Under the pieces are notes generated by a model. The model made no database searches. It was given only the letters and a program-made list of their open reading frames with translations, and was not told the origin of the DNA. A stretch of 64,000 nt of DNA from Podarcis liolepis (lineage: Eukaryota), in NCBI GenBank assembly GCA_965112155.1, contig OZ218098.1. The stretch is one strand, 5' to 3'. The first letter of the stretch is position 1. Each line of letters opens with the position of its first letter. The translations under genes were made by a program, and so were the position numbers. Positions 1 to 12,885 of the stretch are shown in pieces.

Positions 1-9
1 TTCCATTCC

Positions 10-120
10 CCACAATGGCCAACCAGATGTCTGTAGTAAACTCACATAAAGACAATAATACTCTCTCTGCATTGCTGTCCAGAGACAGGTATTGTCTGCC
101 CTCTCATCTTGGAGGTCATG
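10..120 (-). mobile_element. CR1 LINE 3' fragment (degraded)
   Basis: ggccaaccagatgtctgt... resembles the CR1 3' region also seen at ~54800. Probably continues at 783-940 after intervening insertions. Confidence 0.5.
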
Positions 121-470
121 TATAAAGCAGGGTGGGGAACTCTGACCCATGCACCTGATGCTTGGAGTTTGCATACACCCGTGCATGACACTTTGCAAGC
201 CCCTGACAATCAGCTGATGCCATGTTTGCACAGCCCTGTGGCTTTGCCATGTGGTTTGAGTCCAAACCACATGGGCAAAATATCATTGTGACATACATCT
301 GTTTCTTGACAGTGGGTCTAGGACCATACATCCTGGTTTTCCTAGACATATACGGGATTCCACTCCTGAAAATGGCATCCGGAAGGAATTGTACATGGGG
401 GGTGATTTCTTGCTGAAATCACTATTTCTTTTACAGCCGCCTCACTCCCCGTGCCCTCCAGTGTTGCACG

Positions 471-570
471 CTCTCTCTCCCCCCTTCCTTCCTTCCTTCC
501 TTCCTTCCTTCCTTCCTTCCTTCCTTCTATTCTCCCTCCCTCCCTCCCTCCCTTCTCCTCTCTCTTTCTC
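471..570. repeat. (CCTT)n/(CCCT)n polypyrimidine microsatellite
   Basis: Direct reading of ccttccttcctt...ccctccctccct. Confidence 0.95.
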
Positions 571-782
571 AGTGCAGGGCTGCTCATGCAGCCCCTCCAT
601 CACCTTCCCAGGTGCCAGCAACCCTAAGGGAAGTGGTGAGCGACAGAGGTGAGCGATGGTAGCGGTGGTGTGTCTGGGTTTTTGCTCTTTGGAATATTGC
701 GACCCTACAGTCGGTCACCCCATCCACCTCTCACATTTGGCCCTCAGTGTGTGGGGAGATAGATTGATGTTTCTGCTCTTGG

Positions 783-940
783 TATAAGCCATCCTGACTA
801 GTAGCCATTGATATCCCTCCATCTAAATTGGTGGCAATCACCACATATTGTGGAAGTACCACCACATCCCATAGAAGCAATTATAATACTGCATAACTGT
901 GCACTTTGTGAAGAAGTACTTCTCTTCTGTGGTGAACATC
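783..940 (-). mobile_element. CR1 LINE 3' fragment
   Basis: agccatcctgactagtagccattgata...tgtgaagaagtacttc resembles the squamate CR1 3' end in reverse orientation. Confidence 0.6.
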
Positions 941-1463
941 TCACCCTTCTGCTTTATAGGATGACTCTAAGGTTATTATTAACCACATAGCTAATGGAAG
1001 TAAGTACCTAAAGCAACCAGCTGTGTATACAGCTGAGGCGAGATGTGAACTAAGGACTGTTTGTGTACATCCTCTTTCCCTCTTTAAGACAAAGCTCAAG
1101 TTAATATGGTTTACATTGGAAGACAAACAAAAGTAATGACAAACTAATGAAATTATTTCAAACAAATAAATCCATACAGCTGAATTGCATGAACTGGGCA
1201 CCATCATATGTGATCTGAAACATAGAAGGAGATCTGCCCACTTTCTCCATTCTCCTCAGCAAAAGAAAGTTTACAAGCATAAGGTGTGGGGGGTGTCAGC
1301 GTGGGTAGGAGCATCATAAGCATATGTCTGAGGGGAGGAATTACTCAATGGCAATTTATTTGTTTTGATTCCTGGGGGCATGGTTGTGGAACATGCAGTA
1401 GAATTAGGAAATGGCTTTATATGAAGTCAGGCCATTGGTTCATTTAGTTCAGTTTTGTTGACA

Positions 1464-1824
1464 CTAGGGGTAGAGACCACCAGGCCTAGGATCCACATGC
1501 CACCCCTCTGGGCTCTCTATGTACCCTCAGACCTCTCCCCAGGCCACACACATCATTGGCCCTGTGCTGCACCCTCTTCGGGTGCTTTTACCAGGCTGGA
1601 ATGTTTCATTGGACTCTGATAATACTTCTTGGTTGGATGGAGGATGGAGGTGTGTGTGTGTACAGAAACCTTTGGCTTTTGTGTGTCTAGAATATAGCCT
1701 ACTATACAATCATCCGTTGCTCCACCCACCTGTCTCTGGCACCACCCACCACTTGCATGTTGCTCCAGGGACATTCCCCATCAAGAAATGCATCCCTTGG
1801 GCTGAAAATGGTTTCCTGTCCTTG
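1464..1824. mobile_element. degraded non-autonomous hAT-like DNA transposon (MITE)
   Basis: Internal and terminal motifs (ccccaggccacac, gggctgaaaatggtttcc) resemble common lizard hAT MITEs. Termini are eroded. Confidence 0.45.
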
Positions 1825-1989
1825 GTCCACACCATCAGTAACTCTTTTGGGGTTTCAGATGGTGGAGGAGTCTATCTCAATGCTTCCAGGAGACACTGGT
1901 GATTGAACCTCAGCCTACAACAGTTTAAATTTGCATTAGGTTTCACTCATATTTTTCCAGGGATGAAAGTTCCTTCACAATAGTCGTGC

Positions 1990-2245
1990 CAGGGGCAGAT
2001 TTAGGTTTGATGAGGCCCTAAGCTACTGAAGGTAATGCGGCCCTTTATATGTCCAGCTGTCCTTTGTCAACAACAAATTGTCACTGTTTTGTGTTGAATA
2101 TATGCTATATGGTAATTTATGGACCTAATAGGTATCTAAAGCCATTTGCACATAACAAATAGGAGCCCCCATTTTTTGGGGGGGCCCCCAAGAGAGTGGG
2201 GCCCTAAGCTATAGCTTGTTTAGCTTATACATATATCTGGCACTG
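1990..2245. mobile_element. hAT-type MITE
   Basis: Imperfect TIRs caggggcagat / atctggcactg. 8-bp TSD agtcgtgc (1982-1989) / ggtcgtgc (2246-2253). Confidence 0.8.
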
Positions 2246-5200
2246 GGTCGTGCTGTAGTATGTATTCCTTAAGCTGTTGTGGTAGTATGTCAGACCTTGC
2301 TGTAAGAAAATTCTGAAGCAGAGGAGCTTGATCTTTGATAGTATTTTCTGATCTGAAAGGAAGGAGGTGAAGGCACATGGCAGCATGTCATAGAAAATTG
2401 GGATTCCCTAATGAAAAAAGCATCAAAGGAAAATATCCATCACTGTTGACTAGGGTAATATAGGTAAGTCATATAACATTTAAAGAAACCTGCTGAATTG
2501 TGAGCAGTGACATTTCAGTCATAATAACAGACTTCCTTAAACTAAGTTAATATATTTTAAGCTTGTTCTGTCTTGAGACTTAATAAAACCAGGGTACTGA
2601 GTGATTGCCCAATTGTAAACAGATTGGTTCACGTTTTAAACAATGTCAAGTTTAATCTAGCTGCTATATTAATTTTTTGTGTTTTTTTAAGGAAAGAAAA
2701 CAAAATAGGAATTGTTATGTAAGACGTTTTTTCAGCAATCTTGCAACTGCTGTATTGATGTTCACAAGCACTGCACAGGTTCATAGACATATGAGATGTT
2801 AGGCAATTTGCACCGTGTTTGGTTTGCTTTCAGGTCTATAGCCCCAGAGTATTGTGTATTGTTGTGGAAAGTCTTCCATTGCTAGGCCTGCTTTAATCAA
2901 CAGGCCCTCTTGGTTGCCCACATGCTAGCCCCACCCCCACCCCGTTATCCAGTTAATTTCAGCAAGTGACTTCACATGACATTGGCATTGACAATAATCA
3001 GATGTGACATTTTACAGACAGCTGAGCATTCAGGTACATTTTGACTAGGCTGTTCAGTTTTGTGGTACCTTCCCCATTACAATATCTCTGCTGGTATCCT
3101 TTCATTTGATGGTCCCAGGTTTACTTTTCCCAACATCTGAAATGAAGGCACAAGGCAATAAGTATGGCTAAATGATGGCAACAATATTATCTATCTTCTT
3201 AGAGAACCTGCAGCATTTAAAGAGTAATTTAATCATGGCTACCAGCAGACATATTTAAGAAGACTTTCCCTGAGCTGTGATCTAGTCATTTATCAAATAT
3301 TAACTGGATATCTGTAAAAATGGTTTATTTGTATTTTATATAAAATGTGTTTAATTGCTTTCGTTGCACACCACTATGATGGCTCAAGACTGTGAGGTGG
3401 TTTATAAATTTGTAAAAAAATAAATAAAATCAGCCCTGAGGAGGGAAAATTTCCAAAATGAACAACACCATCCTGACTCAAGCCTCCGACAAACATATTT
3501 TGCCTATCACCACCAATAAGACGGCTTACCCATTGCTAGGGTCCTACCCTACCGGACTGGCACAAAAGATATGTGTCACTGTTGTTATTATTATTATCAA
3601 TAATAATGTTTATACCAGCTGGTGAGCTCTAGCCTGGCATATTCCATTGCTAGCCAAACTTCAAGTGATATGTTGCCATGGGAACTAAATAGTGACTTGC
3701 TTCTTGGTTGAATTGTTCTGAATAGTAAGAATAATCAGAGAAGTGGGCAGATGAACCCCTCTCAACAAAGGTAGGTTGTAATCCAGTTCTGTGTCTAAAA
3801 GAAAAAGAGCCTGAGGAGGGAAATTGCAGTTTGAGGTAGTTTGAAGCAGAGACAGAGAACTGAAGTTTTTGGACTCTAGATGAATCTTAGGAAGCTACCT
3901 GTCTTCCTAGAAATCTAATGTGGGATCAATGAATTTTGACCTATCTGTTGGAGTGCTTAAACTCCATCTATGCACAATCTGCACTCAGAGAATTGGGATG
4001 TGTGTAGCTATATCTATCTAACATCTATCTAGTTTAATTGGCCATTCCCCTGCAAGACCTCTCTTTTGGGGGCCTTTCCTGACACAGCCATGCACAAACC
4101 TTAACATCTAGCAGTTCCAGTCTTCACTTTTCAAATCTGCATCCACTCACATCATCCAGGTCACAGCCTTTGCTTGTGGTGGATAAGGAAGCTGTTGAGG
4201 TTCCTCTCAGTTGGGGCATATTCTGTGTTTCTCCTTTAATTTTTTTCTAATGCTAGATACTTGTGTTTCCCATCCCTCTCTTCATTAGTTTCCTCCCCTT
4301 CAGGGTCCATGCCAAATTGGCAAAGTGCAGACTTCCTCTGAATGTGATGCTATGGTTGTTCCCTGTCTACTGAACAGGGAGTTCTTATGCAAGGAAGTGC
4401 AGCTGGAATCCAACCCCCACTGTCCCCTCTAGGAGTGGAGAGTGGTCTCTCTCTCTGATACATTTGCATGCTGCAGAACCATGGAGTGCAATGAGAACAC
4501 TGGCTCTTGCCAACAGAAGAGTCCTCTGTGTTCCAATAGTGTACCACAGCCAACCTCAAGAGCCTGTATATAGCATTAGTGCTTGATTAACTGAAATTCC
4601 TCCCCGCTGCACATTTTCTGTAAAGCAGTTACTCACCTCCTTTAGCTGAAAGGCTGTGTGACATACCACAGTGGCATGGTTTCACTGTTCCCATTTGATT
4701 TACTTCAGCACTTAATTGAAATGAAACCTAGTGAAAACCCTGGGTTTTTTTAAAATAGGAACTTTATTATTTTCCCTCCCTTTCCTTTAAAGAAACAAAA
4801 GCACAACTTTTACTGTTGCTTCTGAGGCAATTAAGATAATTAAGCCATTTGAGAACTAACAACCAAGTGACCATAGAACCTCTAATTTTTTTTAGGGGGA
4901 AATGCAATAAAATGGCACAATTGGTAATTGGAATTTTAACATCCCTTCCCTGCATTTGGAGAATGAAAGAATGTGTTGCTATTAAATCTGTGCCTTTTAA
5001 AAGATGTTTTTCTAAGCAAAAGAGAAAATTAAGCAAATGGATTATAATTTGCCCCCAGATGGATTAGTCTTTTTAACATTTTCAAAGAGTTAGTGCCTTT
5101 CACTTGGAAATACCCAAGCATATGCACTGCACTCTTATATTTATCATATGGAAACAAATCCCATTGATTTCAGTGGGATTTGCGTAGGCCTTGCATTTGG

Positions 5201-5315
5201 GGTGCTAGCTGTATAAACTGATGAGACCCTTGCTGTTGAGGAATAGATTCATCGACATTGTTTCCATGTTTTTACTGAAAGCTGTTTATTCCTCTCACAC
5301 GTGAAAGTTTCCTTA

Positions 5316-5541
5316 CAGTGGTACCTCGGGTTAAGTACTTAATTCGTTCTGGAGGTCCGTTCTTAACCTGAAACTGTTCTTAACCTGAAGCTCCACTTTA
5401 GCTAATGGGACCTCCTGCTGCCACCGTGCCGCCAGAGCATGATTTCTGTTCTCATCCTGAAGCAAAGTTCTTAACCTGAAGCACTATTTCTGGGTTAGCG
5501 GAGTCTGTAACCTGAAGCATATGTAACCTGAGATACCACTG
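5316..5541. mobile_element. Tc1/mariner (Tigger/pogo-like) MITE, family A copy 1
   Basis: TIR cagtggtacctcgggtta / taacctgagataccactg with TA TSD. Near-identical copies at 19046, 21622 and 37015. Confidence 0.92.
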
Positions 5542-8500
5542 TATTTCAAAAAGCCTACAGAAATGTGGGCATGATAATTTTGCCATAAACACACACTAGA
5601 ATTGGAGGAGGGATACCTCCACTTGAAGTGTAGCAGAAGTGTGCTGAGTTCTGGGGAGTGCTGGGGAAAGGAGGGGCTTTGAAATGAACAAATCCTGCCC
5701 CTTTCTCACCTTGCCCATCCTAGTGAGTAAATGAATGAAAATTGGTCATCCTTTTTGCTTCTCACTCTGTGTGTGTTTCGCTTAACAAAAGGGTGAAATA
5801 TCTGTGATAATGAGGCATTAACTGAACCTGGCCATCTCTTTGTCTGCCTCCTGTACCACAATTAGCTTGAAGGCTTCCATTCAGGAATTTGAATAGCAAC
5901 TTTATTTGCATGTGTTGAACTTTACATGATGTGAAGTATTTCCTGAGATGAGGCCAGTATGAGGTTTGTGCCAGGGTCAGGCAAGATTCAAGATGGTGAA
6001 TCTTATGTCATATTTAAGTTATGTCAATCTTATACTCATGCCATGATCTACAGAGATAAACAATACCATAAGTTCAGATTCACACACAGGCAATTAAGAA
6101 TACACCTATCCACAATTGTTTAACTTTTATTATGACAGCCCTTTAAATTTCCTGGTCGAAGAACAGTCATAAAATTACATACCGCAAACAAAAACACCTT
6201 AGTATTTGTACTAGATACCTGTATCATTTTCAGAACATGCCGTTAATGATTCTGGATAACAATGGGTCCATGGTGAGGATACATACTCTTCACATAGTCT
6301 GTTAAAAATAGTTGATGCTGGGTAGAATTCCAATTGGATCATTGAGAAGAATCTAGAAAGATGTTTTTAATATACATACAAATGTCCAACATCAAGAGGA
6401 TATTGTAGCAGACATTGCATTTAACTTCAAGAAACTGATTTCATATTGAGAACATGGAAATTACATTAAGAGTTGAGACATTTATCTATACCATGAAACC
6501 TCATTTTCCCACTCTTGTTGCTAACAGTTTCAAAAAGAGATCCTTGCTCCTCTTATTCAACAGACATGGAATAATATAGCAATGGTTATCCTCTTTTTCA
6601 TTAGCAAGTGAAAAAAGGCTTTGCTCCTGAAAGTTTGTTATAATGACATTTCCTGAAACAGAAATGCTATTTCATCTCCACTAAATACATTGAAAACCTT
6701 TGTGATGCCAAATACTTATAAGATTCAACTAACATAACCTTCAATGGACACCACATATCTGAAGTGTTAATTGTTGCATCTTGTTGGAAGTCAGAAATAG
6801 ACACTACTGGGAACAGAGGTCAAATGTGATCGTGTTTTATTTCATTCCCATTGTAAGTTTCTTTACTAATTGTGAGTTGTCCTAAAATAGGCTATTTTTG
6901 TTATTCTGTCTCTTAAAGATGCTTGATTGTCCCCTTATGCTGCCAGTACAAACTCCTTCCATTTATTTGAATGGAAGTGTCATTTATGAAACTACTAAAG
7001 CTTGTCAGAAGATGTACAGGTCCTAAGGGAGTAGAATATATGTCAGTTATTACTTACACCAGTATAAAATTTTGAACTGAGTGAGATTAAATCTCCTTGA
7101 GGAACAACTGTCATTCACTTCTGAGGTATATATTGGATGAAGCTTTGGATATTAGTTCAAGTGTTGATATATCATTTTCACTTGAGATGCTGGTTCTTTC
7201 AATAATTGCTACCGGTTACATTTACTAGGGGTCTGCATTGACTCTTGTGTGTATCCTGAACTGGAGTGATTTGGGTTGTAATATTATGTTCTAGAGGGGG
7301 ATTGTGCTATTAATAAGGCATCGTAGGATGGATCAGGGACTTCCTAAGCTTCAGAGTTGTTTTGTGGGCTTCAATTTTGCAAAAGGTCAAATGAATAAGA
7401 ATGAGTGAATATTTCAATTCTGGTTTCTCCTTAATTTATTTTATCCATCCCAGGCAAAGAGAATAAACACTGAGCTGATGGGAGAACCACTCCAATTATC
7501 TTTCTGAAATGTGGCAGGTTTTGGTCCTTCAGAAGGAGTGACCATGCTTAAAATTTGCATCCAGTTCTGGCCAACTTCCCCTCCCAGACTTTTCTGCTTA
7601 AATCATTTTGCAGAGTTTCTTTAATCCACATATGTGAAAAGGAAGTGCGGAGATATAGCCATTCTATCATGAATGGGGACAAAACAGAGTTTTTATTTAA
7701 CAGGTAAGATGTGAACCAAAATAATGAATTAAACTGGAGCAACACAGAGCAGATCTGAAACAGACTGGGATGCTTCCAAATGCTGCAGATGCAAGGTGAC
7801 TTTTGTGGCCACTGCACAATATTTCATGTATTTTCTGTCACTTGAATGCAGCTACTTCTATTTCTTAACCTGAGTTTTCTGAAGACTGATTGTGAATGGG
7901 GAACAATAAGTTTATTTTATACCAAGTGACTCAGAACTCAAATTACAGATTAATGCCAAGGGAGTGCAGTGTGACTCAGAAACAGATTATTAAGTTTTTT
8001 AAAAATGCACAGATACAAGATGAATGTTGGTGTCCACACACATCCCAAGTAATAGTGATGGCCTTTGACCTAAACTATCTTACTTCCAACTTTCCCCCCT
8101 CATGTGGCAGAAATCCCCATTGTCTTATTTGCAAAACTAGCATTTTTCACCCCCTGTTTGACTTATTTACTTTATATTTTCACAGGGTTGAGTATATTGC
8201 ATTGCCTTTTTAATACAGTTTTCTTTGGCATCTCTGTAATCCTGCCCTCCTTATCAAACAGCTTTTATCATTACCATATAGTACTTTTAAAAACAGGATC
8301 TGATATATTTTGGAAACTTTTTTAGTTTCATTTTCTCTCAGTAAGTCCATCTTCTCATTCCTTCATTCTTGTCTTTGTTTAAGTCCCACTCAAGTAACTC
8401 CTTATTTGAAGATCACGTAGGATAGTAGGAAGTATGCAGATTAAACCTCCTGTCTGCTCAAAAGCTTTTGGCTATCCCCACTATTGGTATATTCCTAACT

Positions 8501-10109
8501 CCATTTCCCCCTAAATGTCTGCTTAAATTGAAACTTTCTTCATCAAACACAGATGTGATACCTGATGGTTCACTGGCTAAGATTTGTATATGCTCATCCC
8601 ATATTGCTGGATAGATATTTGTTAGATAGCTCTGTCCACTATGGGTAATTTCACCAAAGGTGCACTCCTCCATTGTCTCCCAAGACAGACAGATACCATT
8701 CCAGCAACAATGGACATCCATAAGACGTTTTGAATATTTGGTTTAACTAAAGACTCCTCCATAAGTCTTAAAAGTTTTTCTTTCTCCTAAATCCAGTGTA
8801 CCAGCAACAATAAAACATCCACTCTGTAGTAACTTTCTATATCCAGAATACCGAATTTTCCCTTCCTACCTCCTTAGCCACCCTTGCCGTTTTACCTTAG
8901 TCTATTAGCCTTTGCCAGTCCTGTAGAAAATAAAACCCTACCTAGAATTACATTTGAATGCAACAATATCATCAGGTGATCCTAAGACTGCTAGCTTAAG
9001 GTCACAATAGTTCCTCTTTCTGAGGTGAAATTGCAAAATCTTAATGGGAAATATATCATGCTTACTGATAAAAGTGAACACTATCAACCTATAAAAGTGC
9101 TGGGATGAGCAAGCCATGTGTGAGTGCTCAGTGGAGCAGAGTCTAAGTTGGTGAACTAAAATCCCTCTTTGTACTCTTCTTGTCTTTCCACTTGGCTTGG
9201 CTGACCATTGCTAGATACAAATCTCACCAAGAGCTTCTGATGAGATCACTGCCCACCCTGAAAACTGATATTTTCACTGTGTTAGTTTTGTTTCCATAGA
9301 AACATATTTTTCTGACATAACTAACTAAACATGGTTAGTTAATTCTGAAGGGATTGGAATTGGAACGACTGGTCCAGTTTTTAAAGATATTTTTTTCCAA
9401 GCCCTGAAATCAAGGTAAAACAGAACTCAGATCAAGATAAAGATAATATATTTGAATAAGCAAAGAAGGTTGTTTGTTACTTGCCAATTTTACCTGGCAT
9501 TTATTTCAAGGATGGAAAAAAATGGATGTATTGCAAGAATGAATGGAGACAGCTGATTATGATGGGCACTGTATATTGGCAATATATTATATAGAATGTT
9601 GTTGTATGGAACATCGAGACATATAACTAAATATGTTTCTCTTCACTGATTTGCAATGGCTTTCCTGAAACATCATTTCCTAATTCACATGCTTTTTGTT
9701 GTCTTTTGTATGTACTGAAAAAGCTCTGCAAATAAGCATTCACAAAGAAATGAGGTTATAGCAGAGTTAATGAAAAATACAACATATCTGATCAATCTAA
9801 CTCTTCTTAGCAAGATTTTGATTAGAGCATATTTTAACAAGTATGACAGAGAAAAGATTGTGGAAGGATTAAATTAATTTAATAAATGAAATATGAGACT
9901 TGTAAAGAGGGGAGAGTGTTTACTATTTAATCTCATATCATAGCTATTAAATGCCACAGCAAGATTCCCCATCCTTACAGCCCAAGACTATGTACATAGA
10001 CTTGGAAATACATTCCACTGATCTTTATTGGGAACATGGGAATCTCTTTAATTACTCTTGCATTCCTCTAGTATGCTGATGTTGTAACAACTCTATTTCT
10101 CCATAATAT

Positions 10110-10290
10110 CTGAATCAGGAGAGGCTGTGAAAGCTCCAGACTGGTGTCTGAATGCAGTGGTGGACTGGATGAGAGTCAATAAACCCTCTGAATCCTAGGA
10201 AGATGGAGGCTCTTGGGGTGGGTGGTTCTGAGAGATTGACAAGTTACCAATTTGGATGAGGTTACACTCCCTCTGAAGACGCAAGTCTAT
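10110..10290 (+). mobile_element. L2 LINE ORF2 fragment (5' part, interrupted)
   Basis: tggatgagagtcaataaa...ctgaatcc resembles the L2 WMRxNKLKLNP motif. Continues at 10734-10905. Confidence 0.65.
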
Positions 10291-10733
10291 TTAGCCCAAA
10301 AATGGAAGCAAGAAGAAATACCAACGAAAGAAGAGTGGCAGACAAAGATGATGGACTTTGCGGAATTGGCGAAGCAGACCAGAAAAATCTGAAACCAGTG
10401 TGATCAAGCTTTCCAAAAAGACAGGAGTAAATTTATATAATACTTGAAGGACTATTGTAATCAATTAACAACACTAGCAGGGTTGTAAGAAGACTTGTAA
10501 TGATAATTGTCACTACCCTTTTATTTTTATTTTAAAATTGTGATATTCTGAATGAGTGAAACGTAGAATGGAAAATGTATAAATGCCATGATATACAAAT
10601 GAATTTTGAAAACTATGAGGTGGGAGGGAGGAAAGTTGACAGGCTCATATGAACAAAAGAAGTAAAGTGGTTAATAAAGATGTGTTTAAATATTATAAAA
10701 TGTGGAATTATTTAAAAAATATATAAAAAAGTA
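10291..10733 (+). mobile_element. 5'-truncated L1 LINE 3' end
   Basis: Encodes LAQKWKQEEIPTKEEWQTKMMDFAELAK (L1 ORF2 C-terminus-like), then AATAAA and an A-rich tail. 16-bp TSD gaagacgcaagtctat (10275-10290) / gaagacacaagtttat (10734-10749). Confidence 0.8.
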
Positions 10734-10905
10734 GAAGACACAAGTTTATAGCTTGAGGGTATTACTAGATTAAGTTCTGTCACTTTGAAGCCCAAGTGTC
10801 ATTTGTGGCTAGGCCTTTTACCAGGTCTGTCTGCTTTGCTAGCTGTAGCCATTCCTAGACAGCGATAGCCTGACCACTGTCATCTATGCATTGATAACCT
10901 TGAGG
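10734..10905 (+). mobile_element. L2 LINE ORF2 fragment (3' continuation)
   Basis: agcttgagggtattactaga...gtggctaggccttttacc continues the L2 fragment after the L1 insertion. Confidence 0.6.
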
Positions 10906-11629
10906 CCGCCAAATTTCAGAAGAATATCCTCAGTAACTTTTCTGCATGGACAACCTTTACAGTTCTGGGGTGCTTGATAAAGATTCACTTAATCACCCCC
11001 TATTGCTTTATATAGAGACTTTTATGAAAACAGGCATATGTGTGAGAGAAATACATGAGTAAGACACCTGTCAAATTAAGTCTGGTGTCACCTTTAGTGT
11101 TGTAAGTGAAAGAAATTTTCCCCCATCCCTGTGCATTTTTGGGGAACAATTTTATCATTAAAATGGCGTACATTGCCCCTAGAAAAATAATCTGCTACTT
11201 GCCAGAAGAATGGGGAGGGGAGGTAGGGAATTATGGTTTATGGCTTGTGCTCTGCTCAGTTGGCACAAAAACTCACAGAAATAAGTGCAATGTGGGCATG
11301 TGGCACAGAGGCAGAAGGAACTGGATGTTCAGCATGATCCAAACAAACACCACTAGCAGAACTAGCAAAGACCACAGAACACTCAAGAACAATGTGACAC
11401 ATCATCTCAACATCCCTTCCCAAAGCACTGTGATTACAGAACTCTGATAAAATCATTGCCTCTGATTAGAAGCTCAACCTATCACCAAAAGCCTCTCTCC
11501 CCACCCAGCATCATACACCAAGCTTGAGAACAATTCCTCTTTCTCCTCTTCTTGCTCCTCCTCCTCCATTTTGCAAACATTGCAATGTTTTTGGAAAAAG
11601 CAGGAGGCCCATCTGGTTCTGATGTGGAA

Positions 11630-12058
11630 GGTCTGTAGCACAGTAGTAGTAGAACATCTGCTTTTTTATGCAGAAGGTCCCAGATGTGGTGTAGTGGTTA
11701 AGAGCGGTAGACTTGTAATCTGGTGAACCGGGTTCGCGTCTCTGCTCCTCCACATGCAGCTGCTGGGTGGCCTTGGGCTGGTCACACTTCTTTGAAGTCT
11801 CTCAGCCCCACTCACCTCACAGAGTGTTTGTTGTGGGGGAGGAAGGGAAAGGAGATTGTTAACCGCTTTGAGACTCCTTCGGGTAGTGATAAAGCGGGAT
11901 ATCAAATCCAAACTCTTCTTCTAACTTCTCCAGGTAGAACTTAGAATGTCTCCTGCCTGAAACCCTGAGGAGCCAGTGCCGGTTAGTGTAGTAGACAATG
12001 CTGAGCTCAATGGACCAATGGCCTAAGCTGTATATGCAGCTTCCTATGTTCTTATGTT
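11630..12058 (+). mobile_element. tRNA-derived SINE (Squam2-like) interrupted by a Squam3 SINE
   Basis: Head gtagaacatctgctt...gcagaaggtcccag (11630-11683). Body and tail ctccaggtag...cctgcctgaaaccctg...tggaccaatgg...cttcctatgttc (11925-12058). Confidence 0.75.
11681..11922 (+). mobile_element. Squam3-type (MIR/Ther1-related) SINE, full length
   Basis: A box tggtgtagtggtt, B-box-like gggttcgcgtc, core gctgggtggccttgggctggtcac, tail ctcttcttct. Confidence 0.85.
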
Positions 12059-12859
12059 TTATATTCTTATGATTGCTAAGGATGCTGAGCCAAAACAGAG
12101 ACAAAAATAATTTCCAAGTTAAAGGTAACTGACCTCTGAAGATCACATTGTTAAGAGGGCTGCTCATATTTTATAGACTGGCACTTGAACAGAAAAGTGC
12201 AAGTGGCTTTTGCCTCCATCAGTTCAACTGCCCTTCCCTGGTGAAAAGCGTCACGAATCTTTTGGCATGCAAAAATGATTTGTACTCTTATGGAGGGTTA
12301 ACTTGGTAACTGCCACTAGGTGTCACACTGACATCATTTATTGAGGGTCAGGCCAAGGAATTTCAGAAATACTGAGTGGGGGATGCGATCTGTGTTGGAA
12401 GGTTCATTTTTCACTATTTTTCTTTGTTTCCATTGCAATTCATCCAAACAGGCTGACTTTGCAGGCTGTCATCACAGCGGGATAGGTGCCGCAGGTCCAG
12501 ATTTCTGTTTGTTTTGCTTCTTGTGATCAGCTGTATTTAATACTGTATGGCAACTTGTGAAAGTTCAGAATATTTGGGTTCATATGCAGGACTCAATGGT
12601 TGTCCTCTAGAAATTGCCTTTTTCCCATTTAGAAAAAGAGGCAGATTCCAAAGGAAAATGTTGCTACTCCCTAAGGTGAAGCTGTGCTCTAAATATATGG
12701 GGGGATAAAAATGAATGATGTCTTTATTTGCTTAAGAGGCATATATCTGAAAATATTTAAAGCACAGCAGACTCTGGAGCTTGTCAAGCTGGAAAACAAT
12801 GTAAACAGGTTAGAAAAACATACCTGTTTTCTATATTATTTCAGAAGCTGAACATTAGG

Positions 12860-12885
12860 GTGTGTGTGTGTGTGTCTGTGTGTGT
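12860..12885. repeat. (GT)n microsatellite
   Basis: Direct reading. Confidence 0.9.

Noticed and set aside
342-652. Low-complexity ORFs (EGRK / PSFL repeats)
   Set aside because: These are translations of the (CCTT)n microsatellite.
9237-9266. ctgatga...gaaa possible hammerhead
   Set aside because: No stem II pairing. Similar partial motifs at 14566 and 16474 also fail to fold.
11681-11760. tRNA-like sequence with A and B boxes
   Set aside because: It is the head of a Squam3 SINE, with no full cloverleaf. The same applies to the heads at 13465, 45081 and 59111.
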